From: Candidatus Zixiibacteriota bacterium
GTDB lineage: Bacteria > Zixibacteria > MSB-5A5 > SM1-73
Direction: 5' to 3'
Assembly: GCA_029933635.1 (NCBI GenBank)
Contig: JAOZNS010000002.1
Location: 1-34,789, forward strand
DNA length: 34,789 bases
Positions within the stretch are counted from its first letter, which is position 1. Each line of letters opens with the position of its first letter. The notes under the pieces are model-generated. The model was not told the origin of the DNA. It searched no databases and saw nothing but the letters and a program-made list of their open reading frames with translations. Of the stretch, positions 25,363 to 34,770 are shown piece after piece. The position numbers were made by a program, and so were the translations under genes.

Positions 25363-26307
25363 ATGTCAGAAGGACAAGTATACGATCTGATCATCATCGG
25401 CGGAGGTCCTGCCGGATTGACCGCGGGGATATATGCCACCCGAGCTAAATTAGATACTCTGCTTTTTGATCGTCTCAATCCGGGGGGACTGGTGGCATCC
25501 ACCGACTGGGTGGAAAACTATCCCGGCTTTCCCGAGGGAATCACCGGCGCTGAGCTGATGAAGAAGATGGAGGAGCAGGCAATAAAGTTTGGTTTAAAGA
25601 TAATGCCCTTTAAAGAAGTTCATTCTGCACACTTTAAGGGTCGAATCAAAATCATAAGGGTGGATAACGAGGAATACAAAGCTAAAGCAGTAATTCTGGC
25701 TTCCGGAACCGAACCTAAAAAATTGAACATTCCCGGAGAGGAGAAATTTAAGGGAAAAGGTGTTTCCTACTGTGCCACCTGTGATGGTCCCTTTTTTAAG
25801 GACAAAGACATCGTCATGATCGGCGGGGGAAGCTCTGGCATCCAAGAGGGATTGTATTTGACCAGATTTGTTAAAAGCATTTCCGTGATCGAATTCATGC
25901 CCCATCTGAACGCCGAAAAGATTCTGCAGGAGAGAGCAAAAAAACAACCCAAGTTTAAATTCTTCTTAAACCACATGGTCACCTCCATAAATGGAGAAAA
26001 TCAAATAGAATCGGTTACCATCAAAAGTCGGCAGACCAACCAAGAGAAGACCATACCCGCTCAGGGGGTGTTTGTCTATGTGGGATGGAATCCAAAAACA
26101 GAATTTTTAAAGGGACAGGTCGATCTGGATAGATGGGGTTATGTGATTGCTGGAGGGGATACCAAAACTTCCGTTCCCGGGGTATTTGCTGCCGGCGACG
26201 TGAGACAGAAAACATTAAGACAGATCACCACCGCCACAGCAGATGGCGCCGTCTCCGCCTTCATGGCGGAAAAATATATTGAGGAACAAAAATCATCTAC
26301 GGATTAA
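25363..26307 (+). CDS. trxB: Thioredoxin-disulfide reductase
   Basis: The ATG at 25363 gives MSEGQVYDLIIIGGGPAGLTAGIYA. The redox motif CATCDG is present, as is a second dinucleotide fold (IGGGSSGIQEG). Confidence 0.92.
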   Translation: MSEGQVYDLIIIGGGPAGLTAGIYATRAKLDTLLFDRLNPGGLVASTDWVENYPGFPEGITGAELMKKMEEQAIKFGLKIMPFKEVHSAHFKGRIKIIRVDNEEYKAKAVILASGTEPKKLNIPGEEKFKGKGVSYCATCDGPFFKDKDIVMIGGGSSGIQEGLYLTRFVKSISVIEFMPHLNAEKILQERAKKQPKFKFFLNHMVTSINGENQIESVTIKSRQTNQEKTIPAQGVFVYVGWNPKTEFLKGQVDLDRWGYVIAGGDTKTSVPGVFAAGDVRQKTLRQITTATADGAVSAFMAEKYIEEQKSSTD

Positions 26308-26340
26308 ACAGATTAAAACCCATATGTTTTGATACATCAG

Positions 26341-26363
26341 CACTGACAGATGTCGGTGTTTTC
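26341..26363 (+). terminator. Possible intrinsic terminator after trxB
   Basis: CACTGACA-GA-TGTCGGTG (one G-U pair) is followed by TTTTCT. The loop is tight, so confidence is moderate. Confidence 0.4.
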
Positions 26364-26622
26364 TGGTTGGGTAACTTTTCTTCACATTCTGCGAAGGATC
26401 TCAAAACCTTCTATCGAGCATCAAATAATAAGAAGTTAGTGGAATTTAAGACCCTCCATTTTACTGGAGGTAGTAGGACCGACATCTTTTCCCGCCTGTC
26501 TCTGTGGGCTGGAAGCCCCACATACTTGATCATATCAAAATCCTCCGAATGGGCAAATAGAGTAATTTTCGATGCCTCGACTTAGGAATCGGTAAGAGGT
26601 CGGATATGATTGAAGCATCCTT

Positions 26623-27165
26623 TTAATTCTCTATCCCCTTCTGAGCAGGCACTCCCTTTTTGAAAGGATGTTTTATCTCTTTTACCTCTGTAACCAAATC
26701 GGCAAGCTGAATTATCTTTTTGGGTGCACCTCGACCGGTGAGAATCAGATGGAGATCAGAAGGTTTTTTTTTAATCAGTTCAGCTACTTCTTTAACGGTG
26801 AGAAGTTTCTTATCTAAGGCGATATTTATTTCATCCAAGACAATGATGTGGTATTTTTTGGAAAGGATTTGATCCTTTGCGAACTTAAAAGCTCGTTTTG
26901 CAGCTTTCACATGTTCTTCAAAAGGGAATCTGTCCCCTTTGATCTTGACGTATCCTTTTCCCATGGTTTTAATTTCGATCCCGCAATCGAACTTCTTCAC
27001 GAATTTCAATTCACCATATCCTCTAAAGCTTTTTATGAATTGAATGATTAAAGTCTTCTGGCCATGACCCGCCGCCCGCAGTGCCATTCCTAAAGCGGCG
27101 GTTGTCTTTCCCTTACCATTGCCAGTGTAGACTATCACCAATCCTTTAACGTTTTTATTCTTCAT
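26623..27165 (-). CDS. cobO: Cob(I)yrinic acid a,c-diamide adenosyltransferase (CobA/CobO/BtuR family)
   Basis: GNGKGKTTAALGMALRAAGHG is the P-loop. IIVLDEINIAL and LILTGRGAP are also present. The ORF is 180 aa. Confidence 0.85.
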   Translation of the reverse strand: MKNKNVKGLVIVYTGNGKGKTTAALGMALRAAGHGQKTLIIQFIKSFRGYGELKFVKKFDCGIEIKTMGKGYVKIKGDRFPFEEHVKAAKRAFKFAKDQILSKKYHIIVLDEINIALDKKLLTVKEVAELIKKKPSDLHLILTGRGAPKKIIQLADLVTEVKEIKHPFKKGVPAQKGIEN

Positions 27166-27285
27166 CTTTTTTAGGGCAAGCTCGTGGAGAAAATCTCAGA
27201 TATGAAACCTCATCCTGTCGATCTCCCATCTCCATGAAATGAAGAAAGGATAGGGGGTGAGGCTAAAAAATAAGGGTTTTGCCTC

Positions 27286-29070
27286 TTATCTATTTACCAC
27301 CGCTCTGATTATGTTTTCGTCCACATTGAATTTTCTCAGAAACTCCTCCCTTTCCTTCTTCATCTTCTCCACCCAGGCTCTATACTGCTCACCCCGACCT
27401 TTTTTTTCGTAGAAGATCTTCGGATTCAAAATCTCTTTGGGCACTTCGCTTAAAAGCTCAGCGTTTTCCGGCGCATCCACATCTACGATCTCATATCCAA
27501 AATCTGGGTCTTTCTTCCATTTTACCTTTCCGGAAAGCATGGCTCCAAGCATGGCGGAGGAATGAGGGATTTTCACTTTGAGTGCATCTCCCTTCTCTTC
27601 GTCCTTTTGATCTCCCCCCACATATCCGGTATTCATCAACCAAGTCTGTAAGCCCGGCAATTTGGTCGCCAGCTGGCTGAATCTTTTGGCTTGCAAGCCA
27701 TATGGACTGGGAAAGAATGGTTGCGTAAACGGCGAGCGGGTTTTGCCCCTCTCCTTGCCCGCCGCAGAGGTTTTTGAGGTTTCACCTAACATGAAATAAC
27801 CAGCGGCCAACTCTGCCGTTGGAAAACGAACTATCCCTGGAACTGCCGCATCCGGACCCTCGTCCCGGTTCAAAATTCCCAGCGATCTCAGTGGAGGAAT
27901 GTCATCGAAGCTGGCCGCATCCTTAATTGCTTTCATGGGGATGATGGATCTGCCATTCTGGGTCCACACGGTAAAATCCCATCCATCTTGAGGAATATCA
28001 TACTCATCCACCACATCATCTATTTTGACCTTTCCATTGATGAAGGCTTCAACGTTCTCTGGAGGTGCTCCAGTTTCGATAAGAAGGGGCTTAAGACGGG
28101 CCACCTCCTCCGGGGTGAGTCGTGTCTTGCTGAAATCGAAAGTGCCATCTGGATTGGGGAAGACGTTTTCCACCCAAGCGTCCGGATGGGTGGTGCCAGC
28201 ATAAAGCACCGGCTCCGACTCTTTGGTTAGACCGAAGGTTTTGGCAAAACAACCATTCTCAGTTATTGATACCGTTCCATCTGGCCATATCACGATCATA
28301 TCATCCTGAATGGGCTGAGCCAGCTCGCCTTGTTTGCTGAAGGTGGTGGTAGTCTTGCCCGTGCCGGAAAGTCCCATTATGCCCATGGTCATGGCTTTCC
28401 CATCTATGGTCACCTTCTTGGCCCCAGCGTGAAGAACCAAACCACCCAATCTGTATACATATTCGTTTAGCATCCGTAAAGCGCCCTTCTTCGTCTCGCC
28501 GAAATAATCTGAGCCTATCACATAGGTGATCCAGTTCTCTAAGTCGACCAGCATAGCCAGGTTGCCCGGCATATCCTCAAGGCTTAACCCCGCGGTATAA
28601 ACCAAACGAAATTTCGGTTGAAACGGTTGACTGAGTTGTTCCTTGCTTTCTATAGCCGAACGGGGAAATGCAAGCACCTGTTGCATGCCCGCCAGATTGG
28701 CTCCCTCCAAGGTATACAGCCACTGTATGGGAACTGCTCCTTTGCCATATCCATAATATGCGTTGATGGCAATAAGGGTGCCCTGCTCCTCGATGTAAGC
28801 CTTCTGTCTTTTTATAAGCTCGCTGGCTTTGGCTGGGTCGATGATGTTCCCGGAGTAATTGTCTTTTTCCGACTCAGGGGCGATGCAGTAGGTTAAGTTA
28901 GCCTTCCTTGCCTTAAGTCGAGTAATCTTGTCGATGTTGCCATAGGCAGTCTTCATTATGGCTGGAGTATGTTTTAAGGCCAGCTCTCGAAGTTCCGCCT
29001 GGGAGGGGTTGGTTATGTAGGTCACCTCGTAAGGTGTTTCATTAAGATCAATCTTTTCCATAGTTGACAT
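27286..29070 (-). CDS. pckA: Phosphoenolpyruvate carboxykinase (ATP type)
   Basis: The kinase-1a motif MGLSGTGKTTTTFS is present. At 594 aa it is somewhat longer and more divergent than the E. coli enzyme. Confidence 0.88.
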   Translation of the reverse strand: MSTMEKIDLNETPYEVTYITNPSQAELRELALKHTPAIMKTAYGNIDKITRLKARKANLTYCIAPESEKDNYSGNIIDPAKASELIKRQKAYIEEQGTLIAINAYYGYGKGAVPIQWLYTLEGANLAGMQQVLAFPRSAIESKEQLSQPFQPKFRLVYTAGLSLEDMPGNLAMLVDLENWITYVIGSDYFGETKKGALRMLNEYVYRLGGLVLHAGAKKVTIDGKAMTMGIMGLSGTGKTTTTFSKQGELAQPIQDDMIVIWPDGTVSITENGCFAKTFGLTKESEPVLYAGTTHPDAWVENVFPNPDGTFDFSKTRLTPEEVARLKPLLIETGAPPENVEAFINGKVKIDDVVDEYDIPQDGWDFTVWTQNGRSIIPMKAIKDAASFDDIPPLRSLGILNRDEGPDAAVPGIVRFPTAELAAGYFMLGETSKTSAAGKERGKTRSPFTQPFFPSPYGLQAKRFSQLATKLPGLQTWLMNTGYVGGDQKDEEKGDALKVKIPHSSAMLGAMLSGKVKWKKDPDFGYEIVDVDAPENAELLSEVPKEILNPKIFYEKKGRGEQYRAWVEKMKKEREEFLRKFNVDENIIRAVVNR

Positions 29071-29133
29071 ACTTGACTCCTTTTTTGTTTAGTCTCATAT
29101 ATCTGATTCAAAACTCCTCTATGCTTCTTACCC

Positions 29134-30483
29134 TTATTTTTCTAATTTGCCTTCTTCAGGTGGCGGAGGAATTATACCTGATTCCATCAGAATTTTAGTT
29201 TGGTCTCGGGCGCGCTTTATGGTACTTGCGGCTTTCTCAAAAAGCTCCTTTTTTGATGCTTTGATTTTTGCCAGCCTTTGTTCAATCGCCATAAGACCCA
29301 CAGCCACAGCAACCTTAGGATAAACCTCCCAATCTTCCATGGTGGGAATGAGATGGTCTTCGTCCAGACCTTTATCTGCAGCTGTCTGAGCCAGCTCATG
29401 TGCGGCGGCGGTGCACATCTCATCGGTGATGGTGGAAGCTCTGACATCCAGCACTCCCCGGAAGATCCCGGGAAAGCCCAAGGAATTGTTCACCTGATTG
29501 GGAAAATCCGATCTTCCCGTGGCTACGATCCTGGCTCCGGCTTGTTTAGCCTCCCAGGGCCAGATCTCTGGGATAGGATTGGCACAGGCAAAAACTATGG
29601 CATCTTTCCTCATGGAGGAGATCCACTCTTTCTTTATAAGATCTGGACCAGGAGCCGAGTAAGCGATACATACATCGGTATCTCTCATGCTCTCAGGAAT
29701 CCCTCCTCTCCTTCCCTCCTCGTTGGTAATTCGGCAAAAAGTATAGCGGGGGTCTCCTCTTCGGTATTCTTTTCTCTCGGGATGGAGTATTCCGTTTATG
29801 TCACACATTATCACATTTTCTGGTTTCACCCCCGCAGAGATCATCAGCCGAAGGCAAGCCACGCTGGCGGCGCCAGCCCCAATCATGGAGACCTTTATCT
29901 GATGGATCTTCTTACCCACTATCCTCAAAGCATTAATCAATGCCGCCAAAGTCACCGTGGCTGTTCCCTGTTGATCATCATGCCACACAGGGATTTTGGC
30001 TTCGTGCCGTAGGGTATCCAGAATATAAAAACACTTTGGTTGAGCAATATCCTCCAGATTTATTCCCCCGAAGGAGGGTTGCAGGATCTTCACCACCCGA
30101 ATCAACTCATCTGGATCTTTGGTATCAAGACATAATGGGTATACATCCACTCCACCCAGATACTTAAACAAAAGCGCCTTGCCCTCCATCACCGGAAGCC
30201 CTGCCTCTGGTCCAATATCTCCCAGTCCCAGAACCCTTGTGCCGTCAGAGATAACCGCTATGGTATTTGTTTTGTTGGTATGTTCCCAGACCCTGTCGTG
30301 ATGTTTATCGATATCCCTACATGGCTGAGCCACTCCCGGAGTATACCAGATGGCAAAATCATCCATGTCTCTGATTACACATTTAGGAACGATTTCAATC
30401 TTGCCTCTATAAAAAGGGTGCAATCTCATTGCATCCTGCCCCGGCTTTTTCGCTTTGGCGATCAGCTCATCTTTGCTTAACAT
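29134..30483 (-). CDS. NAD(P)-dependent malic enzyme (short form, no PTA domain)
   Basis: WYTPGVAQPC, VISDGTRVLGLGDIGPEAGLPVMEGKALLFK and IGAGAASVA match malic enzyme signatures. It lies 63 nt upstream of pckA on the same strand. Confidence 0.9.
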   Translation of the reverse strand: MLSKDELIAKAKKPGQDAMRLHPFYRGKIEIVPKCVIRDMDDFAIWYTPGVAQPCRDIDKHHDRVWEHTNKTNTIAVISDGTRVLGLGDIGPEAGLPVMEGKALLFKYLGGVDVYPLCLDTKDPDELIRVVKILQPSFGGINLEDIAQPKCFYILDTLRHEAKIPVWHDDQQGTATVTLAALINALRIVGKKIHQIKVSMIGAGAASVACLRLMISAGVKPENVIMCDINGILHPERKEYRRGDPRYTFCRITNEEGRRGGIPESMRDTDVCIAYSAPGPDLIKKEWISSMRKDAIVFACANPIPEIWPWEAKQAGARIVATGRSDFPNQVNNSLGFPGIFRGVLDVRASTITDEMCTAAAHELAQTAADKGLDEDHLIPTMEDWEVYPKVAVAVGLMAIEQRLAKIKASKKELFEKAASTIKRARDQTKILMESGIIPPPPEEGKLEK

Positions 30484-30687
30484 CTTCTCTCTGCCTCGCT
30501 TTTCTCTTAAGAACCTAAAGCTCTTTTTAAAAAGCTCAATTACCCCTTCCTCTCATTTCGGCAAACATTTTTTAAAAATCCTGGCCAAAAACCACGATCT
30601 TTTTAAGCTTTTTTAAAACCTCTGTATACGTAGCTTACCCTGGTGACCGGGAGAGTTAAACTTTAACTTCATCACTCCTTAAGTCTC

Positions 30688-30716
30688 AAGTTACGTCAGA
30701 CGCACCCTAAAATCAA
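30688..30716 (-). promoter_or_regulatory. Candidate sigma70-type promoter for malic enzyme-pckA
   Basis: The minus strand reads TTGATT (30716-30711), a 17-nt spacer, then TAACTT (30693-30688). This implies a leader of about 200 nt. Confidence 0.35.
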
Positions 30717-30724
30717 GCAAAATT

Positions 30725-30740
30725 TGTGAAAAAAATCACT
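30725..30740. promoter_or_regulatory. CRP/FNR-family-like palindrome TGTGA-AAAAAA-TCACT
   Basis: It matches TGTGA-N6-TCACA at 9 of 10 positions. It ends 8 nt upstream of the candidate -35 box of the malic enzyme promoter. Confidence 0.35.
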
Positions 30741-30863
30741 TTTTGCGAAATTTATACCAGCAAGCTGATGCACTCTCATGGACCCGAAAGTGCAAAAGCC
30801 TGCTTTGCGGTTTTTTGATCTTTCGGCAAATTTAGATCCTTGGATTTCCGATATGTTTCGATC

Positions 30864-30901
30864 AAAATAAAAAAGCGGGCAAAGAGCCATCCTCTGCCCG
30901 C
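30864..30901 (-). terminator. Intrinsic terminator of the por operon
   Basis: The minus strand reads GCGGGCAGAG-GATGG-CTCTTTGCCCGC followed by TTTTTTATTTT. It begins 21 nt after the porB stop. Confidence 0.75.
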
Positions 30902-30921
30902 CTTCTGTCTTAGAGCCTGTT

Positions 30922-31863
30922 TCACATCAAATGATATTTCTCGATGTTATGATCTGCGATCGCCTGGATTCTTTTAAGCTCCTCTTCTCCGCCTGGTTTT
31001 TTAAAAATATGTTTGAATCGTCCTTGAAGCTTCAGGTATTCTTCCACCGGCTTTTTCTTGGGTATCTTTCTTACCGAGGTAACCTTTCCATTCTCCATCT
31101 CGAACAAAGGGATCAACCCGGTTTGCACTGCGGTCTTAGCTACTTTTATGGTTAAAGCCGGATCGTGGATCCAGCCCAGAGGACAGGGACAGTGAATCTG
31201 AAGATATTTGGGCCCTTTGATACTTAAAGCTTTCTTAACCTTTTTCTGCAAATCCGCATAATACCCGACTGAAGCTGTAGCCACATAGGGAATACCGTGA
31301 GCCCCAGCTATTTCTGGCATGGGTTTTTTGTCGGTGGTTTTTCCCCATGAGATTTTACCTGATGGAGCGGTGGTGGTGGAAGCTTCAAAGGGGGTGAGCC
31401 CACTTCGTTGAACCCCGGTGTTCATGTAGGCTTCATTATCATAACAGACATATAAAACATTATGACCCCGTTCCAGCATTCCGGAAAGGCAACCGATCCC
31501 AATATCAGCGGTGGATCCATCTCCTCCCTGAGCTATCACGTAAGCTTCATCTTCTCGTCCAAGCGCCTTCAGTGCCGCCTCAATTCCGGAGGCCACAGCG
31601 GCTGGATTTTCAAACAAGGAATGAATCCAAGGTATCTTCCAAGCGGATTGAGGATAAGCCGATGAAACCACCTCCAAGCATCCAGTGGCACAGGTGGCAA
31701 TGGTGTTTTTCCCGGCAGCATCCATTACTAACCTGGCCGCCAGAAGTTCTCCACAACCGGCGCAGGCGCGATGTCCGGGTGCCACCAAGCTCTCCTTAAC
31801 TGGCTCTTTCTTCTTCTTTGCGGTCGGAGCCTTTAGGTTCTTAGCCATCTCTTCTTTTGCCAT
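30922..31863 (-). CDS. porB: 2-oxoacid (pyruvate-type):ferredoxin oxidoreductase, beta (TPP-binding) subunit
   Basis: [20 protein letters not shown] and [10 protein letters not shown] motifs are present. It is the last gene of a G-D-A-B order operon. Substrate specificity cannot be proven from sequence by eye. Confidence 0.88.
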   Translation of the reverse strand: MAKEEMAKNLKAPTAKKKKEPVKESLVAPGHRACAGCGELLAARLVMDAAGKNTIATCATGCLEVVSSAYPQSAWKIPWIHSLFENPAAVASGIEAALKALGREDEAYVIAQGGDGSTADIGIGCLSGMLERGHNVLYVCYDNEAYMNTGVQRSGLTPFEASTTTAPSGKISWGKTTDKKPMPEIAGAHGIPYVATASVGYYADLQKKVKKALSIKGPKYLQIHCPCPLGWIHDPALTIKVAKTAVQTGLIPLFEMENGKVTSVRKIPKKKPVEEYLKLQGRFKHIFKKPGGEEELKRIQAIADHNIEKYHLM

Positions 31864-31891
31864 CTTTTCTCCTTTCTGCGACCCAAAGCAA

Positions 31892-33070
31892 TTATTCTCC
31901 CATTCCGATCAGTTCCTCTCTCAAATCCACAAACTCATCTTCCACTGCTTCAGATTGTGCTTTCTTGACCGCCTTTATGATCGAGCTGGTGGGGATGTCT
32001 CTTCCTCCCAGTCCCACAATGAATCCACATAATCTGGGCTGTTTCTTCTTGCCATAAAAGACAGTTTTGACCTCATTGAGCAATATCCCCCCCCATCCCA
32101 AGGAGATAGCCTTTTCCATCACTACAATGGTCTCTAAATCCTTTAAAGCTTCGTAGATGGCTTCCTTAGGGAAGGGTCGAAATGCGCGGATCTTTAAAAG
32201 CCCGATCGGTTCGCCTTTCTCCCTCATATGGTCAACCACCTCTCGCATGGTTCCCACCACAGAACCCATTCCTATCAAAGCAATCTTTGCTCCTTTTAGC
32301 CGGTATTTATCTATCAGTCCACCAGCATACCGTCCAAACTTTTGACCGAATTCGGTTGCTACCTCATCAATTATCTGTTTTGCCGCTTCGATGGCCTGCT
32401 GTAGTCGATATCTTGTCTCCATATAATAGGCAGGTTCTGCCAGAACTCCAAAGGTCACAGGATCTTTGGGGGTCAAATATCTTGTGGGTTTATAGGGTGG
32501 AAGGAATTCGTCGGCCATCTTCTGATCGATCAGCTCCACTGGTTCGAAAGCATGGGTGAGGATAAATCCATCCATGTTGACTATCACCGGAAGGGATATT
32601 TCAGGATTTTCTCCAATCTTATAGGCCTGCAACTGCATGTCCGCCGCCTCCTGGCAATCCTCCGCATAAAGCTGTATCCACCCGGAATCCCTTAACGTCA
32701 TGGCATCCTGATGATCGTTCCAGATGTTTATGGGGGCAGATACGGAACGATTGGCACAGGTTATGGTAAGAGGAAGCCTCAAACCTGCGATATTAAAAAG
32801 AACCTCCGCCATCAAGAGTAAACCTTGAGAGGTGGTGGTGGAATACGCTCTCGCTCCAGTGACCGAAGCACCCAGAATCACCGAAGCGGCGCCAAATTCT
32901 GATTCCACGTTGATGAACTCAGCCTTAAGCTCGCCGTCTGCCACCATCTGCGAGAGGTTCTCCACGATATGAGTCTGGGGAGTTATGGGATAGGCGGAGA
33001 TCACATGGGGACGACATACCTTCACCGCCTCCGCCACCGCCCTTGATCCCTCAATCACCTTTTTCATCAT
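31892..33070 (-). CDS. porA: 2-oxoacid:ferredoxin oxidoreductase, alpha subunit
   Basis: The 392-aa ORF contains [37 protein letters not shown] and similar blocks. It overlaps porD by 4 nt. Confidence 0.9.
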   Translation of the reverse strand: MMKKVIEGSRAVAEAVKVCRPHVISAYPITPQTHIVENLSQMVADGELKAEFINVESEFGAASVILGASVTGARAYSTTTSQGLLLMAEVLFNIAGLRLPLTITCANRSVSAPINIWNDHQDAMTLRDSGWIQLYAEDCQEAADMQLQAYKIGENPEISLPVIVNMDGFILTHAFEPVELIDQKMADEFLPPYKPTRYLTPKDPVTFGVLAEPAYYMETRYRLQQAIEAAKQIIDEVATEFGQKFGRYAGGLIDKYRLKGAKIALIGMGSVVGTMREVVDHMREKGEPIGLLKIRAFRPFPKEAIYEALKDLETIVVMEKAISLGWGGILLNEVKTVFYGKKKQPRLCGFIVGLGGRDIPTSSIIKAVKKAQSEAVEDEFVDLREELIGMGE

Positions 33071-33345
33071 CTCACCTCCAGTTTCATCTCGATGTCCTTA
33101 ACCGGACATTCTTCTGCACAGATCCCGCAGCCCTTGCAGAACTCCAAATCTGCCCAGTATTTCTTATCCTCCCCAAATACCACTCCATCTGGACAGACCA
33201 TCACACATATTCGACAATCCGTGCACTTATCATGTTTGAACACCGGCTTTTTCACCCTCCAGCTTCCAGTCTTATATTCTTTGCTGGATCCTGGCTTAGC
33301 CACTATTCCTTCGGGTCTGGTGGATCCAAGTTGAGACTTAGGCAC
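33067..33345 (-). CDS. porD: 2-oxoacid:ferredoxin oxidoreductase, delta subunit (2x[4Fe-4S] ferredoxin)
   Basis: CTDCRICVMVCP and CKGCGICAEECP motifs are present. The ORF is 92 aa. Confidence 0.9.
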   Translation of the reverse strand: MPKSQLGSTRPEGIVAKPGSSKEYKTGSWRVKKPVFKHDKCTDCRICVMVCPDGVVFGEDKKYWADLEFCKGCGICAEECPVKDIEMKLEVR

Positions 33346-33892
33346 CTTTTCCTCCTTTCATCAAATCATATGCCTTCTGGATTGCGCGGGCATTTTTCTC
33401 GCCCACCTCTCCGGGAAATCTCTCCTTAACGCTTTTTATGATCGCCTCCACGGAGATCAGCCCAGTAATCCCGGAGAAAGCCCCCATCAGGGTGGTGTTC
33501 TGAACTGCTCTACCTATTATCTCCAGAGCAATCCTGGTTGCGGGTATGGTTCTAACCTCTGCGGTGGTTTTAAGACCAATCTCCTCAGCAGATCTTTCAG
33601 TATCCACCAACACCATCCCATCTGGTTTCAAACCGCTGAGCACATTGATGGCCCCGATCAAGGTGTTGTCCTGAATTATCAAATAATCTGGCTCATAAAT
33701 CTGGCTTCGATTATACACCTTATGGTCGGAGACTCTGACGAAGGACTGAACCGGAGCACCCATGCGCTCACTTCCAAATGAAGGAAAGGCTTGAGCATAC
33801 TTGCCGTCCTCAAAGGCGGCTTGGGCAAAAAGTTCAGCCGCGGTTACCACCCCCTGTCCCCCTCGACCATGTATCCTTATCTCCTTTAACAT
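33338..33892 (-). CDS. porG: 2-oxoacid:ferredoxin oxidoreductase, gamma subunit
   Basis: The ATG at 33892 follows GGGAGG and gives MLKEIRIHGRGGQGVVTAAE, the typical gamma-subunit start. Confidence 0.9.
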   Translation of the reverse strand: MLKEIRIHGRGGQGVVTAAELFAQAAFEDGKYAQAFPSFGSERMGAPVQSFVRVSDHKVYNRSQIYEPDYLIIQDNTLIGAINVLSGLKPDGMVLVDTERSAEEIGLKTTAEVRTIPATRIALEIIGRAVQNTTLMGAFSGITGLISVEAIIKSVKERFPGEVGEKNARAIQKAYDLMKGGKGA

Positions 33893-33952
33893 AATCCTCC
33901 CTTTCCAAACGACCAAAAATCAATTATCGACCAGAATAACCTCTATTCACTT

Positions 33953-33968
33953 AGTGAAAAAATTCACA
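33953..33968. promoter_or_regulatory. CRP/FNR-family-like palindrome AGTGA-AAAAAT-TCACA
   Basis: It matches TGTGA-N6-TCACA at 9 of 10 positions. It lies about 60-75 nt upstream of the porG ATG, next to or overlapping the -35 position of a plausible GATAAT -10 box. Confidence 0.35.
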
Positions 33969-34090
33969 ACTCAAATAAACTACGCAGTATTTACTTCTTA
34001 GTTTTGAAATAATTAGCTATCTGAAATATTTTTAGCCCATCAGGACTGAGAAGATCCAAAAGTTTTGCATCTGAATTATGGCTCAAAAAA

Positions 34091-34645
34091 TCAAAGCCGG
34101 GGCAGGGTTATTTTCTTCTGAGCCTGATATTTCCCCTTTTTGTCCTTATAAGATGTTTGGCAAAGCTCGTCGGCCTCCAGGAAGATTATCTGCGCTATGC
34201 CTTCGTTAGCATAGATTCTGGCAGGAAGCGGAGTGGTATTGGAGATCTCTAATGTGGCATATCCTTCCCATTCCGGTTCAAACGGGGTGACGTTCACGAT
34301 TATTCCACACCGTGCATAGGTTGATTTGCCCAAGCAGATGGTCAATATGTTTCGGGGAATTTTAAAATATTCCACCGTCCTTGCCAGAGCAAAGGAGTTG
34401 GGTGGGATGACGCAGGTCTTTCCCTTAAAATCGATGAAAGATCTGGAATCAAAATTCTTGGGGTCGATCAGGGTGGCATTTACATTGTTAAAGACCTTGA
34501 ATTCATCTGCCACGCGAATGTCATACCCATAGGAGGAGAGTCCAAATGAAATCACCCCGGATTTTATCTGTCTCTCCGAGAATGGCACGATCATCTGATG
34601 CTTCTTTGCCATTCTTCTGATCCATCTATCCGACTTTATTGGCAC
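34091..34645 (-). CDS. dcd: dCTP deaminase
   Basis: The 184-aa ORF is close to the short bacterial Dcd as I recall it ([11 protein letters not shown]...SSYGYD(I/V)R...[15 protein letters not shown](K/R)IPRN(I/V)[21 protein letters not shown](F/L)EPEWEG). It uses a GTG start. Confidence 0.9.
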   Translation of the reverse strand: MPIKSDRWIRRMAKKHQMIVPFSERQIKSGVISFGLSSYGYDIRVADEFKVFNNVNATLIDPKNFDSRSFIDFKGKTCVIPPNSFALARTVEYFKIPRNILTICLGKSTYARCGIIVNVTPFEPEWEGYATLEISNTTPLPARIYANEGIAQIIFLEADELCQTSYKDKKGKYQAQKKITLPRL

Positions 34646-34742
34646 GCTTTAATCAAATAAAGATTAAAATTGCAAAATGGAAATTTTTACGTTGCATTGG
34701 GAAATTGTTTTCCCGACGCTGTGCCCAAATAACACAATGTTC

Positions 34743-34770
34743 CGCATCGGGATCACCAAATCCCGATGCG
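34743..34770. other. 11-bp perfect hairpin CGCATCGGGAT-CACCAA-ATCCCGATGCG
   Basis: It lies in the last 50 nt of the window. There is no adjacent U-tract on either strand, so its function is unknown. It may belong to a gene beyond the window. Confidence 0.3.

Noticed and set aside
29278-30012. 244-aa ORF antisense to malic enzyme, and similar long antisense or overlapping ORFs (1426..1890, 10549..11130, 13583..14071, 16081..16572, 18363..20322 set, 31685..32032, 33043..33429)
   Set aside because: All lie inside strongly supported genes, either on the opposite strand or in an alternative frame of the same strand. They have low-complexity or odd composition and no SD. They are typical shadow ORFs.
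30696-30890. 64-aa minus-strand ORF between porB and malic enzyme
   Set aside because: It spans the por terminator hairpin and the CRP-like site/promoter region, and it has no SD. It is most likely non-coding.
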